NCBI GenBank assembly: GCA_048882045.1
Contig: JBHLRZ010000010.1
Coordinates: forward strand, 1-64,000
Direction of reading: 5' to 3'
DNA from: Candidatus Thorarchaeota archaeon
GTDB taxonomy: Archaea; Asgardarchaeota; Thorarchaeia; Thorarchaeales; Thorarchaeaceae
DNA: 64,000 nucleotides
Shown: in pieces, positions 28,981 through 39,949 of the stretch
Numbering within the stretch: position 1 is the stretch's first letter
How the letters are laid out: each line of letters starts with the position of its first letter
Translations under genes and position numbers: made by a program
The notes under the pieces: model-generated
What the model was told of the DNA's origin: nothing
Databases searched by the model: none
The model's input: only the letters and a program-made list of their open reading frames with translations

Positions 28981-30573
28981 ATGGAGGAAACCGATAAGAC
29001 GCAATCATCAACAGCATTGATTTTCCAACTTCGACAAATACTCTGTATAGAGAGAGAGTCATGGAAATTCACCCTATTGACAGCAATTCCCATCACCATC
29101 ATCACTATCTGCTATGTCCAATACATAATGGCCATATGGGGCATCTATGGGTTCTGTTTCGATGATTCATGGATTCATGTACAGTACGCTAGGACTATCT
29201 TCGAGGGAAGGCCTTGGGAGTATGCACGGGGAATTCCAAGTACTGGCTCGTCAGGACCTCTTTGGTCAGTTGTTTTGACACCTATCTTTCTCCTCGGGAC
29301 ATCGCATGATGCAATAGTAACATCTGTTCTGACTATCTCAGGAATTATGTTCATAGTGGACACTTTCCTTGTTGGAGAGATTGTCAGACAACATACTGGT
29401 AGATGGCAATATGCTGTGTTAGGACAGATCATCTTCGTTTTAGTACCAAGGAATGCGGGGCTGATGTTGTCTGGAATGGAAACTCCTCTAGGGATGATGA
29501 TGCTACTAGGTGCTCTTCTTGCCCTCCCAAGATCCGAATGGCAGTATGACATCCTCCTTGGAGTCTTAGTTGGCTTTGCCTATTTGTGTCGTCCCGAGTT
29601 CGTTCTACTCGCAGTGCTCTGCCTTCCTGTCAGGTCATTGGTCATGCTTTATCGGGATAAGAACAGAAAGAAACGTCTTCTTACACTGACTGCTATGTTT
29701 GCAATTGCACTGCTTGTGGTTTTACCGTGGATCTTGCATTGCTACAATACAACAGGACTCCCATTGCCAGACTCGTATTACTCGAAATTGAGATGGGGAG
29801 TGAACCAGGAAATGATTGACCTCTGGAACTATTTCTGGTTTGTTGCGTGGTTTCCGACAGAACCCTATCTTGCTCTGAGCTTTGTTGGAGCTGGTGTACT
29901 TCTGATTTTGAAACGGCGGCCATACGAACTGATGATGATTGTGTCATTCTACGCATTGTACAGACTTACAATGCCCAGTATGGCTTTCCTGTTTGCGGCC
30001 CGATATCTAGTTCCATTGTTCGACATAATGGCAATTGCGTTCTTCTGTGGGTTTGCGCTTATAATTGAGCGACTGTTTAAGATGAAACCCTTGAGAGATA
30101 CATTTAGTGTAGACTTCACGATTCTGCTCACTATTGTGGTAACATTCCTGTTGCTTACTCCCTCAATCGTTAGTAGCATCGGTTATGTAGATCATCACGC
30201 AAATCAAGCGAAAAATATCGAGGAGATGCAGGTACATCTTTCATCTTGGATTCTAGAGAATGTCCCAGATAATGCGACCATAGCAACGTACGATGTGGGA
30301 GCACTTGGATATTTTGCCAAAGGGATAGTATTGGATCTCTACGGTCTTGTCACACCTGTCGTTTTGCATAACTTGACAGGTCTAAATGACGCTGCAGAAT
30401 TCCTCCGCGAAGTAAATTGTACGTATATCATGTTCTATGTCGAGTGGTTCATAGGGTATTATATAGCCCTACTCTCAGCCGGAGCAACAGTTACAGAGCT
30501 CTATAGAGTGACTTTGTCAGACCCTGTTGTTGTGGGAACTCCCAACATGGCTGTATACCATATAGATTGGTGA
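28981..30573 (+). CDS. GT-C-fold membrane glycosyltransferase
   Basis: DDSWIHVQYA after TM1, SGMET, RPE, DVGALGY and DLYGL motifs; many TM helices. Confidence 0.8.
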   Translation: MEETDKTQSSTALIFQLRQILCIERESWKFTLLTAIPITIITICYVQYIMAIWGIYGFCFDDSWIHVQYARTIFEGRPWEYARGIPSTGSSGPLWSVVLTPIFLLGTSHDAIVTSVLTISGIMFIVDTFLVGEIVRQHTGRWQYAVLGQIIFVLVPRNAGLMLSGMETPLGMMMLLGALLALPRSEWQYDILLGVLVGFAYLCRPEFVLLAVLCLPVRSLVMLYRDKNRKKRLLTLTAMFAIALLVVLPWILHCYNTTGLPLPDSYYSKLRWGVNQEMIDLWNYFWFVAWFPTEPYLALSFVGAGVLLILKRRPYELMMIVSFYALYRLTMPSMAFLFAARYLVPLFDIMAIAFFCGFALIIERLFKMKPLRDTFSVDFTILLTIVVTFLLLTPSIVSSIGYVDHHANQAKNIEEMQVHLSSWILENVPDNATIATYDVGALGYFAKGIVLDLYGLVTPVVLHNLTGLNDAAEFLREVNCTYIMFYVEWFIGYYIALLSAGATVTELYRVTLSDPVVVGTPNMAVYHIDW

Positions 30574-31112
30574 TGCCAATAGCTATAAAGAGGATACCTC
30601 CCCATGAACAGAGTATGAAAGATGAGGATTGCATCGAGAAGGTTACGATTACTGTATTTCCTCCCATGGCTGGAATTGGTATCGTAGAGGGCGATCCTGT
30701 GATCGAAGACGAGGATGCATGTGGTGATACCACAGTTTCTTCGGTTCCAATCAATCCTGCAGATGCCAATGTAGTAGTTGTGAAGCTCAAGAGCGATGAT
30801 CCAATGATGAAGATCAGTCAGCTATTAGAGAAGGCTCAGATAAAATACGGGGAGAGTATCTGTATTAGAACCGCGAAATATGACACGAAGGAAGATCTGG
30901 GTGATGCAATTGAGTGGTTAAATGCCTCCTTACGCGGGAGTGGTGATAATACAGTTCTTGATGGACCCAGTTTCTCAACCTTCATCGGTGCTTCTGCACC
31001 AATCTTGTCCATAAACAATAGGCTCTCATTCGTGGGGATGATACCCAACGAAAGTCAGTTTCTGTCTAGACTAGGTGCAGCTATTCGAATTGCAGAAGAG
31101 GGTGTCAAGTAG
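30567..31112 (+). CDS. Hypothetical protein, possibly thioredoxin-like fold
   Basis: C-terminal APILSINNRLSFVGMIP; no CxxC. Confidence 0.55.
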   Translation: MVMPIAIKRIPPHEQSMKDEDCIEKVTITVFPPMAGIGIVEGDPVIEDEDACGDTTVSSVPINPADANVVVVKLKSDDPMMKISQLLEKAQIKYGESICIRTAKYDTKEDLGDAIEWLNASLRGSGDNTVLDGPSFSTFIGASAPILSINNRLSFVGMIPNESQFLSRLGAAIRIAEEGVK

Positions 31113-31119
31113 TAGATCA

Positions 31120-32073
31120 TCATTGCTTGAGAATGGAATGGACCTCTTCTTCGCTGATATTCCCTCCACTCAGAACTAAGACAACTTTCTTACCAGCAAA
31201 CTCCTCAGCATTCTCCAAGAGAGCGGCTGTTGACACTGCGCCAGCTCCCTCGATTCTTAATCCTTCATTCTCGTAAAGGATTCGCATAGCTTGCAAGATT
31301 GAGCTCTCTTTGACAAGAACAACTCTATCTACCAAGTCCTTGATGATGTCAAGAGTGATGGAGGTAGATTCCACACCGCCCATGAGACCCTGAGCCAGAG
31401 AGTCTGACTCTTCAGCTTCAACCCAATGTCCTGCGATCCAGGACTCGTACACCTCCGGTGATACCTCGGATTGGACTCCTATGATTATTGTGCTCGGATG
31501 TTTTGCCTTGATTGCAGTGGCTACACCTGAAATCAGACCTCCACCCCCGATAGGAACAATCACGAGATCGATATCATTCAGTTGCTCAAGAATCTCAAGC
31601 CCGGTGGTTCCTGCTCCAGCTACAATCTCATGATCACTGTAAGGAGCGACATAAGTCAAACCACGATCCTTAGCCAACTGGCGAGCGTAGGTTTCAATCT
31701 CTTCATAACCTGTTTCCTGAATGACTTCAACACCTTCTTTCTCCATCTTTGCCTTCTTTACTTCTGATGCGTCAAGAGGGAATACTACCCTAGCTGAGAT
31801 GTCTAGAAGTTTCGCAGCATAGGCAACGCCTAGTCCATGATTACCTGTTGATGCAGTAATCACACCTTTTGCTACTTCTTCCTTAGACAGAGTCATTAGT
31901 CTGTTGAGGGCTCCTCGTACTTTGAAAGACCCAGTTACTTGTTCATTCTCAAGTTTGAGATACACAGAGGAACCTGTCAATTTCGAGAGGTATTTGGATT
32001 TTCTAAGTGGAGTTTCTTTGATGTGGTTTCTAATTCGCTCTCGTGCTCTTTCGATATCTGACAAGGTGGTCAT
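31120..32073 (-). CDS. ilvA: Threonine/serine dehydratase (PLP fold II, no regulatory domain)
   Basis: LKLENEQVTGSFKVRG, ASTGNHG, PIGGGGL, SGGN; ATG 32073 avoids overlap with the upstream gene. Confidence 0.82.
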   Translation of the reverse strand: MTTLSDIERARERIRNHIKETPLRKSKYLSKLTGSSVYLKLENEQVTGSFKVRGALNRLMTLSKEEVAKGVITASTGNHGLGVAYAAKLLDISARVVFPLDASEVKKAKMEKEGVEVIQETGYEEIETYARQLAKDRGLTYVAPYSDHEIVAGAGTTGLEILEQLNDIDLVIVPIGGGGLISGVATAIKAKHPSTIIIGVQSEVSPEVYESWIAGHWVEAEESDSLAQGLMGGVESTSITLDIIKDLVDRVVLVKESSILQAMRILYENEGLRIEGAGAVSTAALLENAEEFAGKKVVLVLSGGNISEEEVHSILKQ

Positions 32074-32152
32074 GATTACAGCCTCATGCAATATTTTCAA
32101 AGTGGCATCATGTTGAAAAACAATGTGGCTTTCTATAGAACTCATCATTTCT

Positions 32153-32710
32153 TCAATCTTCATATTCCTGAGAGAAGCGGTTTTCAATCCATGAACGTAT
32201 ATCAGAGTCCTCCATTGATGACGGTGTGGACGGTTTTTGTCGTCCCTGTAGTCTTCGCTGCTCCATAACCTCTCGTAGGTTAATCACATTCACTATATTC
32301 CCGTCCTCGACATGAAGCTCTAGTACATCATAATATGACTCAGCACTCTGGAAGCCCATATGTACATACATTTCCTGAATGAAGTCCCGACCAATCAGAA
32401 TACGTCCTGTGAACTTAATTTTGAGACCGATATCCTCGTAGAAGTGTTTGAACCCCCAACCGTCCTTTGGTTTTCTGGGTTCCACACCGTTCACAGGCTT
32501 GACCTCAATGGGATTTGCTAGCATTGCATCCAAGAATATTTCATCATCAACACAGGCATAGAACATCTGATAACCACGCCAGCATGCAGTGGTTGCCATG
32601 GTGGTCTCCATACCAAAGTCAACAGGGACCGGAAGACCTTCTCCATTGACTCCAATAAGGGAATATGTTTCTCCATTGTAACGGACCTCATCTGAGATTT
32701 GACCAGTCAA
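32153..32710 (-). CDS. Hypothetical protein (TACWRGY motif)
   Basis: 185 aa; MTGQISD...TACWRGY...YVHMGF. Confidence 0.7.
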   Translation of the reverse strand: MTGQISDEVRYNGETYSLIGVNGEGLPVPVDFGMETTMATTACWRGYQMFYACVDDEIFLDAMLANPIEVKPVNGVEPRKPKDGWGFKHFYEDIGLKIKFTGRILIGRDFIQEMYVHMGFQSAESYYDVLELHVEDGNIVNVINLREVMEQRRLQGRQKPSTPSSMEDSDIRSWIENRFSQEYED

Positions 32711-32808
32711 TAGTACTACCCATTTCAGATATCAAGCGTGAAGGCTAATAACTCTGTCATTGACCAAAGCTTATCTAGGTAAACTATCACGGAAAATGAG
32801 TCACAGGT

Positions 32809-34278
32809 GTGATGATGATGGATAGAATGAAGGTCCTTGGTATTTTGATTGTTGGTGTTCTGGTAGCTTCAATTGTTGTTATAGTGATCAATCTGCCCCC
32901 AACGACTCCACATGACAATGGAGATACAACACCACCTATCATCACAATAACAGGACCTTCTGCAGAGGCAGTAGTATATGGTGCAGAAGCTATTACCTTC
33001 TCAGCGACAGATGAGAATGGAATACCAAGAGCAGAGATATACATCGATGGTGATCTGACCGCAGTAGGGCAGTCATACAACTGGAACACACTAGGAGTTG
33101 CAGACGGACCCCACACAATAATGTGTCGCGCGAGAGATCCTAGTACAAACTGGGCAAACCAAACAATCAGCGTAACTGTGAATAACTCAATCGACTTCTC
33201 ATCGTCAGACTTTGACCCTATTTTCAAGGTCATGGCATACAACATTCAGGAGTCAGGTATCAATCCGGATTGGAAAGAGGTTGTGATGGAAGAGAACGCA
33301 GACATAGTCATGTTTGTGGAAACCGGATTTTGGGACGATGATGGTAGTGCAGACATGATTGCAGCTGTTGAAGAGTTCAACACATACTTCTCAGAGGAAA
33401 CCCCCTATGAAGCATTCTGTACACAAGGGATTGCTTTCGAAACTAGTGGCGAAGCTGTGTTCAGTAGATATCCGGTCTTGAGGATAATCCAAATCCAATC
33501 AGTTTCACTAGATGACGAAACTGGTTATGATGTTACGCATGACTTCCTTGATGCTGTCATAGATATCAATGGAACAAGTGTTCATTTTGTTGGAGTTCAT
33601 CTAAAGGCGGCAGGTGGAGAAACAAACGAGAATAGAAGAGAATGGGAGAATGAGGGCATCATCAACTATTTCGACTCGCTCGGAAACGTACCAATCGTGT
33701 ATCTCGGAGACTTGAACTCTGCATCACCTGTCGATGTTGGACCCCTAGCACCATTCTGGGACCCTGGGGTTGGCCCAATGACCATGTTGATTGACCCAGA
33801 CGACCCAACATATGGACAGTATTCTTCTGAAATCCACAACTTTACTGATGTTTTTCGCACTTTGAATCCAACTGATCCAGGTTATACCTTTGGGCACACA
33901 TTTACTCCTCAGACAGCCCGGATTGATTACATAATCACGAATGATTTCTTTGAGGACAAACTGATTAACTCAACTGCAGGTGACACTGCACATGCCTACA
34001 CTGGCGCAGACCATTATTCTGTCGACGCATGGCTAAACTGGAGCGGTGGGATGAATGTTTCAGCTCTGGCATACTCACCAAATGATTCAGTAATCACAGA
34101 CCTCAATCTAGATCTGCGAATCTATACACCAGAAGTGTCTGTTGATGTCCCAGTGGAATCATCAGCTCTGCGAGAAACAGGGTCCTCATTGAGGATGATT
34201 GCAAGTGAATCCACAAAGCTGTCAGCATTTTGTTTGGTAAAGACCATTGGCGGTTTGATCTTCAAAATATTGCTATGA
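32809..34278 (+). CDS. Membrane-anchored Ig-like + endonuclease/exonuclease/phosphatase (EEP) protein
   Basis: VMAYNI, GVHL, LGDLN, RIDYI and ADH motifs; N-terminal TM and Ig domain. Confidence 0.87.
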   Translation: MMMMDRMKVLGILIVGVLVASIVVIVINLPPTTPHDNGDTTPPIITITGPSAEAVVYGAEAITFSATDENGIPRAEIYIDGDLTAVGQSYNWNTLGVADGPHTIMCRARDPSTNWANQTISVTVNNSIDFSSSDFDPIFKVMAYNIQESGINPDWKEVVMEENADIVMFVETGFWDDDGSADMIAAVEEFNTYFSEETPYEAFCTQGIAFETSGEAVFSRYPVLRIIQIQSVSLDDETGYDVTHDFLDAVIDINGTSVHFVGVHLKAAGGETNENRREWENEGIINYFDSLGNVPIVYLGDLNSASPVDVGPLAPFWDPGVGPMTMLIDPDDPTYGQYSSEIHNFTDVFRTLNPTDPGYTFGHTFTPQTARIDYIITNDFFEDKLINSTAGDTAHAYTGADHYSVDAWLNWSGGMNVSALAYSPNDSVITDLNLDLRIYTPEVSVDVPVESSALRETGSSLRMIASESTKLSAFCLVKTIGGLIFKILL

Positions 34279-37223
34279 GGTCCATCAAGACTGACCAAAA
34301 TTCTAAGGTCTTTCATCCGTTGAATAATATAGTGTGCTTCCTTTTCAGCTGGTTCGAGGGTTTCACTGTTTAGAACTAATTCGACACCAATGAAGAGCCC
34401 ATGTCCACGGACATCACCGATGATTTTGAATGTCTTCTGCATGTCGATCAAACGTTCCTTGAGATAATTGCCAACCTCTAGAGCATTCTTTTGTAGATGC
34501 TGATTCTCAATCTCATCCAAGACAGCCATTCCCACAGCACACGAAACAGTGTTCCCACCAGTGGTACTGAAGAACTCCATTCCAGTTGTGAATGATTCCG
34601 CTATCTCAGGGGTGGTAATTACAGCACCAATGGGATGTCCATTACCTATTGGTTTACCTAAGGTCACAATGTCAGGTACAACGCTTTGGGTTTCAAAGCC
34701 CCAGAAGTGGGTACCCATCCTGCCAAACCCAACTTGGACCTCATCAACAATACAGACACCACCAGCTTTTCGAACATACTTGAAGGCATTCTTCAGATAT
34801 CCATCAGGGAATACTATCTGACCACCACACCCCATGAGAGGTTCACAAATGAATGCAGCCAATCCTCGACCTTGTTCTTCAAGACTTTTGGTTACCTCAA
34901 GGATGTCTTCGGCATACTTCTTGCCTGTCTTGAAACCTTTAAACTCCCCACGATAGGGATTAGGCATCCGGACAACATGGACATATGGAGGAGCTCCTTC
35001 TCCCCCTGGGCCATCATGTTTGTAGGAACTGATGTTGATGAGTTCCCTGGTGTTTCCATGATAGGCCCCATCAATCGCAATGATGTCTTTCTGTCTAGTA
35101 TGGGTTCTTGCCAGTCTCAATGCCAATTCGTTGGCTTCACTCCCACTATTTACGAAGTAACAAACACTGAGTTTGGCAGGGAACTTGGAAGTCAAACGTT
35201 GGGCATACTTGACTAGATTGTCATGGAGGTAGCGGGTGTTGGTGTTCAGGACAAGAGACTGTCTACTCAGGACCTTAACAATCCGAGGGTTGCTGTGACC
35301 CACATGAGGAACGTTGTTTCTCATGTCGAGGTACTGTTGTCCATTCTCATCATACAGATACTGCATGTATCCTCGAACTATCTTGATAGGAGTCCTATAT
35401 GACACGCTCAAGGATGGTCCAATGTGTATCTTTCTAATCTTAAGGATCTCTTCACTTGTCAGAGGTGATTCAGGAAACAATGAGTCTGGAATCTGAAGAA
35501 TCAGGTTGGGATCAGGACATATGCTGAGCCAGACATCGAGCTTGCTTGGTGGTGCGACACCAAAGAGGTCACCTTTCTGACCCATCATGTCAACAATGAG
35601 CTGGAAGTGAAGATGAGGAGGCCAACCTCCATTGTCGGGATATTCTCCAACCCGCCCGAGCTGTTCCCCTTTCTTTACTTCTTTCCCAGCAAAAAGTCCT
35701 GAGAGAGAGTCTCTTGTTAAATGACTGTAGAGTACATAGAAGGGAGGTCCATCTGGATCAGTCTTGTACTCAACCACAATCGTGGGGCCATTATCGTACG
35801 GTCTTGCATTGTCCTGAAAACTATGAATGACACCATCATGGATAGAGTAGATAGGAGTATTTCTCTCGACGAACAGGTCAGTTGCTATGTGTACAGTGCG
35901 GCTTTCGCCCCCTGAAGAAAGGTACTGGTCACCACTATAGATGAGTCTAGGTTCATTGTATCTACCTATTCCAATCTTAACACCAGCTTTGGAGATTTGC
36001 TCTGAAACAAGTCCTTCAAAGGATAGGTGGTTTGCTAGATAATGAGGGGATTTAACATCAATAGATCCAACACTAAGATCAATCACAGTACTGTTTGATT
36101 CAGAGATTGGTGTGCCGATTGGACTTGTGAATTGGTCCGTGTTTTTCATAACCCACTCTGTGACCCTTTGTGAATTCGGACAGGGTTCAAATCCAGCCGC
36201 CTGACGAAAACAGTAAGCAGCAAACCTAGGGTGCACTTCAGCAAGTCGAGTCAAGAGCTCCCATGCTCTCGCCTCACTGATGATTAGATATTCATTATCA
36301 GGTTCAAGTGTCTTCTGATACGCAGAAACAGACACGCTTGTCGCAAGTCTTGTACAAGCAAGTGGAAAAAGTAGCTCGATTTCCTGCTCAGTGATGGGAA
36401 ACACAGAATGATATCCACTGATTATCTTCTGGGCAGTACCAATTGGGTCATCTTTATCGAGCATTGCATAGCTTATCGCGATTGCTAATTCGTTAATTGT
36501 ATGAGAGTAGACCATATCCCCGAAATCAAGAATGCCAAAGATTCGTCCATCATCATCATGGGGATTGTCGATAACAACATTATCATCGTTCGTGTCATTG
36601 TGAATGATACTCTTCCGTAGTACAACCATTTGCGGCACGACGATGGTCTGATACATATCCAAATAGTAGTCGACAAGCTCCCTCTTGTCTTGCTCAGGGA
36701 TATGCTCCTTGAAATTTGCGATAGTAGAGCTGGCTTTCCCTAGGTCCCAATAGAAATCTCTGTGAGCTGCTGGGTGATTGAAACCTGCTAAACTCTTACT
36801 TAAAATCCCGACAAAGCGCCCAAAATCGTTGAGCAAGTTTGGTGAATGCGGTTTCACTGAGGACATGACTTTCCCAGGCAAGTAGGAAATCAATCTCACG
36901 AAATGTGAATTCCCTTCGGGAGTTTCAATCTGTGCTATCTCTTCACCTGAAGTGGTTTTTTGGACTGTGGAGGAGATTGGTGACTTGCTTTTACCAGCCA
37001 AATACTTCAATGCACTGACCTGGAGATCTAAGGTTTCTCGCTTCTCAGAAATAGTTGAAATCTTCAGAACGTACTCGTCCCTGGTTTCAGTAACTAGGTG
37101 AAAATTCTGATCCCGTTCGCTGGGTAATTCCTGTAGACTGCCTGATAGAGCATATAATGAACTGATGATATCACCGGCATATCCAGCATCGATTTGGGGG
37201 CGTTCTGGGTCTCTAGCATCCAA
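34122..37223 (-). CDS. APH-like kinase / M23-like / class III aminotransferase fusion (hydroxylysine kinase + phospho-lyase-like)
   Basis: IHNDTNDDN and LDFGD (kinase); HIATDL and PHLHFQ (M23); [10 protein letters not shown] and TLGKPIGNG (PLP Lys). Confidence 0.9.
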   Translation of the reverse strand: MDARDPERPQIDAGYAGDIISSLYALSGSLQELPSERDQNFHLVTETRDEYVLKISTISEKRETLDLQVSALKYLAGKSKSPISSTVQKTTSGEEIAQIETPEGNSHFVRLISYLPGKVMSSVKPHSPNLLNDFGRFVGILSKSLAGFNHPAAHRDFYWDLGKASSTIANFKEHIPEQDKRELVDYYLDMYQTIVVPQMVVLRKSIIHNDTNDDNVVIDNPHDDDGRIFGILDFGDMVYSHTINELAIAISYAMLDKDDPIGTAQKIISGYHSVFPITEQEIELLFPLACTRLATSVSVSAYQKTLEPDNEYLIISEARAWELLTRLAEVHPRFAAYCFRQAAGFEPCPNSQRVTEWVMKNTDQFTSPIGTPISESNSTVIDLSVGSIDVKSPHYLANHLSFEGLVSEQISKAGVKIGIGRYNEPRLIYSGDQYLSSGGESRTVHIATDLFVERNTPIYSIHDGVIHSFQDNARPYDNGPTIVVEYKTDPDGPPFYVLYSHLTRDSLSGLFAGKEVKKGEQLGRVGEYPDNGGWPPHLHFQLIVDMMGQKGDLFGVAPPSKLDVWLSICPDPNLILQIPDSLFPESPLTSEEILKIRKIHIGPSLSVSYRTPIKIVRGYMQYLYDENGQQYLDMRNNVPHVGHSNPRIVKVLSRQSLVLNTNTRYLHDNLVKYAQRLTSKFPAKLSVCYFVNSGSEANELALRLARTHTRQKDIIAIDGAYHGNTRELINISSYKHDGPGGEGAPPYVHVVRMPNPYRGEFKGFKTGKKYAEDILEVTKSLEEQGRGLAAFICEPLMGCGGQIVFPDGYLKNAFKYVRKAGGVCIVDEVQVGFGRMGTHFWGFETQSVVPDIVTLGKPIGNGHPIGAVITTPEIAESFTTGMEFFSTTGGNTVSCAVGMAVLDEIENQHLQKNALEVGNYLKERLIDMQKTFKIIGDVRGHGLFIGVELVLNSETLEPAEKEAHYIIQRMKDLRILVSLDGPHSNILKIKPPMVFTKQNADSFVDSLAIILNEDPVSRRADDSTGTSTDTSGV

Positions 37224-37361
37224 GAAAATCTCACCACGTGACGATGACTAGTGAGTCATTCAATGCCATAAATGTAAGCGTTCTTGTCTATGGATTTTGT
37301 ATTATGGTAAAGATGAAAAAACCTAGGAATTTAAGGTAGAACTTGAGAGTTCCGGTACTTT

Positions 37362-37868
37362 TCATTTAGAGTTTAGACCCCTGAGGTCCAGTGAGTCATA
37401 GTACGTTTCCATTGCGAACATAGTGAGAGTCCTATCTACTTCGGGCAGCTCACGAAGGTAGTCAACAATGAACTTGTTCATGGCATCGATGTTCTTGGCT
37501 CGAACCTTGAGTAAGACATCATATTCACCACTCAGTACATGAACACTCTGGACAAGGTGGTGCTGGGCGATGGTCTGACAGAACTCACGTTGCGACAGTA
37601 CCTTCGACTTACCTGGTACTCTGTAACGTACTGTCACAAGAATGAAAGCCAAGGTTTCACGATCGAGCTTCTTTGGATCCAAGACTACTGTAAATTTGTC
37701 GATTATCTCTTTAGACTGTAGGTTCTTTACCCGTGTGTGCACTCTTGAGATGCTTCTCCCAACTTTCTTCGCAAGCTCTGCGTTGCTCATCTTCCCATCC
37801 TTTTGTAATAGAGCGAGGATTTTGAGGTCAGTCTTGTCTATCTTTGAATCGGTAATTTTTTCCGCCAT
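37362..37868 (-). CDS. Lrp/AsnC-family regulator
   Basis: IDKTDLKILALLQKDGKMSNAELAKKVG; SGEYDVLLKV. Confidence 0.93.
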   Translation of the reverse strand: MAEKITDSKIDKTDLKILALLQKDGKMSNAELAKKVGRSISRVHTRVKNLQSKEIIDKFTVVLDPKKLDRETLAFILVTVRYRVPGKSKVLSQREFCQTIAQHHLVQSVHVLSGEYDVLLKVRAKNIDAMNKFIVDYLRELPEVDRTLTMFAMETYYDSLDLRGLNSK

Positions 37869-37885
37869 AGGATATAAATTAGGAA

Positions 37886-37910
37886 AAAATCGGAAATACT
37901 TTCCGGTTTT
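37886..37910. promoter_or_regulatory. Palindromic Lrp-type operator candidate
   Basis: AAAAT-CGGAAA-TAC-TTTCCG-GTTTT between the divergent lrp and glnA genes. Confidence 0.6.
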
Positions 37911-37952
37911 AGCAGGAAAACAATATAGCCAGTTATAACTTACAGAGGGTCA

Positions 37953-38049
37953 GAGAGAGGCGATTACTGCCTCATGACATGAAATAATTGGAAACTCAAG
38001 TTTCATCGCCCCACCAGGGCTTCCGCACACTTGAGGCAGGCACTCTCTC
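37953..38049 (+). ncRNA. Structured 5' leader of glnA (candidate cis-regulatory RNA)
   Basis: Nested stems GAGAGAG/CTCTCTC and CTGCCTCA/TGAGGCAG enclose smaller hairpins; TATA-like TTATAA at 37933-37938. Confidence 0.45.
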
Positions 38050-38077
38050 AGCATTACAATGAAGCCAGAGGAATCCT

Positions 38078-39382
38078 TTGATGACAACAGACCTGAGAAA
38101 GCCAGAATTCCTACGACTGATCTTTACCGACATTTTAGGACACACAAGGAGCATAGAGGTCGGAATGGACAGGCTTGATGAAGTTATTACACATGGATTG
38201 GCAATCGATGGGTCATCAGTTCCCGGCTATGCATCCGTTAACGAAAGTGATCTACTTCTCCTTCCAGAAAGCGCCACCCCCACCCTCCAACCTTGGGACC
38301 CAGCAGCAGCATTCATCATGTGTGGAGTCCATGAAACTACTGGAAAACCGCATCCACGAGATCCACGCAACATCCTTCGAAGAGTTGCTACAAAAGCTGC
38401 TGAGATGGGTCTTCAGCTTAAAGTAGGAAGCGAGCTAGAGTTCTTTACCCTGAGCAGACATACAGATGGATCAGTCGGGCCCTACGACCAAGGAGGTTAC
38501 TTCTGTTCACAGCCTGCTGATGGATCACTGGACCTTAGACGTGACATAATCAGGACATTGAACGCTCTCCATATCCCCACAACATCTCATCATCATGAAG
38601 TTGCTAATGGACAGAACGAAATCGGCCTTCATTACAGGACTGCTGTTACTGCTGCAGATGACATCATGTTAGCCCGGACTGTGATTTCTGAAGTGGCCTA
38701 TAGACAAGGACTCATTGCGACCTTCATGCCCAAACCATTCTCAGACCAGAATGGATCAGGTATGCACCTTCATCAAAGCATATGGGGACTCGATAGCACA
38801 AGAAACCTCTTTACTTCTGAAAAGATAGGTAATATCTCTCAACTCGCTACACACTATGTAGGAGGTCTCTTGAAACATGCGACTACTCTTGCTGCTGTGG
38901 TCGCACCTTCAGTGAACTCATACAAGAGATTGGTTCCGGGATTTGAAGCTCCGACAAAAGTCGCATGGGGATACAAAAACCGTAGCACAATGGTTAGAGT
39001 ACCATACTTCAACGGTTCTGCAAAAGCGGCCAGAGTGGAGCTTCGTTGTCCAGATGCAACCTCATCGCCACATCTTGTGATTGCAGTGGTGCTTGCAGCT
39101 GGGCTAGATGGTATCAGCCAAAAGATAGAACCACCGACACCAACAGATGAGGACCTGTTCGAGGGAAAGTCTGATACAGAATCACTCCCAGGTTCGCTTG
39201 AACTGGCACTCACTAATCTGGAGAATAGCAAAGCGATGAGGGAGATTTTGGGTGGGACTGTCGTTGACAAGCTAGTAGAGCTGAGACGGAAAGAGTGGAG
39301 AGACTATGTTAAGGCTACTGGAAATCCTGGAATATCCGAGATTACCTCTTGGGAGATTGATAGATACCTACATGTAAATTGA
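38078..39382 (+). CDS. glnA: Glutamine synthetase type I family
   Basis: IDGSS, ELEF, HHEV, FMPKP, NGSGMHLHQS, NSYKRLVPGFEAP and RVELR motifs. Confidence 0.88.
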   Translation: MMTTDLRKPEFLRLIFTDILGHTRSIEVGMDRLDEVITHGLAIDGSSVPGYASVNESDLLLLPESATPTLQPWDPAAAFIMCGVHETTGKPHPRDPRNILRRVATKAAEMGLQLKVGSELEFFTLSRHTDGSVGPYDQGGYFCSQPADGSLDLRRDIIRTLNALHIPTTSHHHEVANGQNEIGLHYRTAVTAADDIMLARTVISEVAYRQGLIATFMPKPFSDQNGSGMHLHQSIWGLDSTRNLFTSEKIGNISQLATHYVGGLLKHATTLAAVVAPSVNSYKRLVPGFEAPTKVAWGYKNRSTMVRVPYFNGSAKAARVELRCPDATSSPHLVIAVVLAAGLDGISQKIEPPTPTDEDLFEGKSDTESLPGSLELALTNLENSKAMREILGGTVVDKLVELRRKEWRDYVKATGNPGISEITSWEIDRYLHVN

Positions 39383-39442
39383 TTCGGACTTCCAAAAGAC
39401 TTGTATCTCGCCGCTTTACTTGAGCTGTACGGGAGGACATTA

Positions 39443-39868
39443 ATGATGCCCGGTTTCGAAAGTAAAGAACAGTTTCAGCAAGTATTCAACAAGTTCTGGG
39501 AAAAGGCAACTCAGCAATCTGAGATAATAGAGAAGCTTACAAAGTCACAGGTTGTTGTCAGGTTCGATGTTGAAGACCCAGAAGTCCACATGACCATCAA
39601 CTTCAGAGACCCTGGCCCGAACGGAGAGATAGGAACACTAACCTTTGATAGTGATGTAGAACCTGAAATCTCAGTCTGGTCTAAATCAGAAACTACGAAC
39701 AAGTTCTGGCAAGGCAAGCTCAACACGACTGTAGCCATGGCACGAGGGCAGGTCAAGCTTGATGGATCAGTAGCTAAGGCTCTTGGACTGCTATCAAAAA
39801 TCAAGCCACTATATGCTTTGTACCCGGACGTGCTCAGAGAGGAAGGCTTAGACCATATGTTGTTGTAG
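39443..39868 (+). CDS. SCP2 sterol/lipid-binding domain protein
   Basis: FWQGKLNTTVAMARGQVKLDG; GGAGGA precedes ATG 39443. Confidence 0.85.
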   Translation: MMPGFESKEQFQQVFNKFWEKATQQSEIIEKLTKSQVVVRFDVEDPEVHMTINFRDPGPNGEIGTLTFDSDVEPEISVWSKSETTNKFWQGKLNTTVAMARGQVKLDGSVAKALGLLSKIKPLYALYPDVLREEGLDHMLL

Positions 39869-39949
39869 TATCAAAAGCAAAATATATATTCACAAATCTA
39901 ACAACAGAGCTCGTTAAGACAATTAATTATTGTTAATAAGGTGTATACA

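Noticed and set aside
32074-32187. N-terminal extension of the dehydratase in the ORF track (likewise 58861-58923 and 59396-59500)
   Set aside because: These overlap upstream genes; downstream starts fit the family N-termini better.
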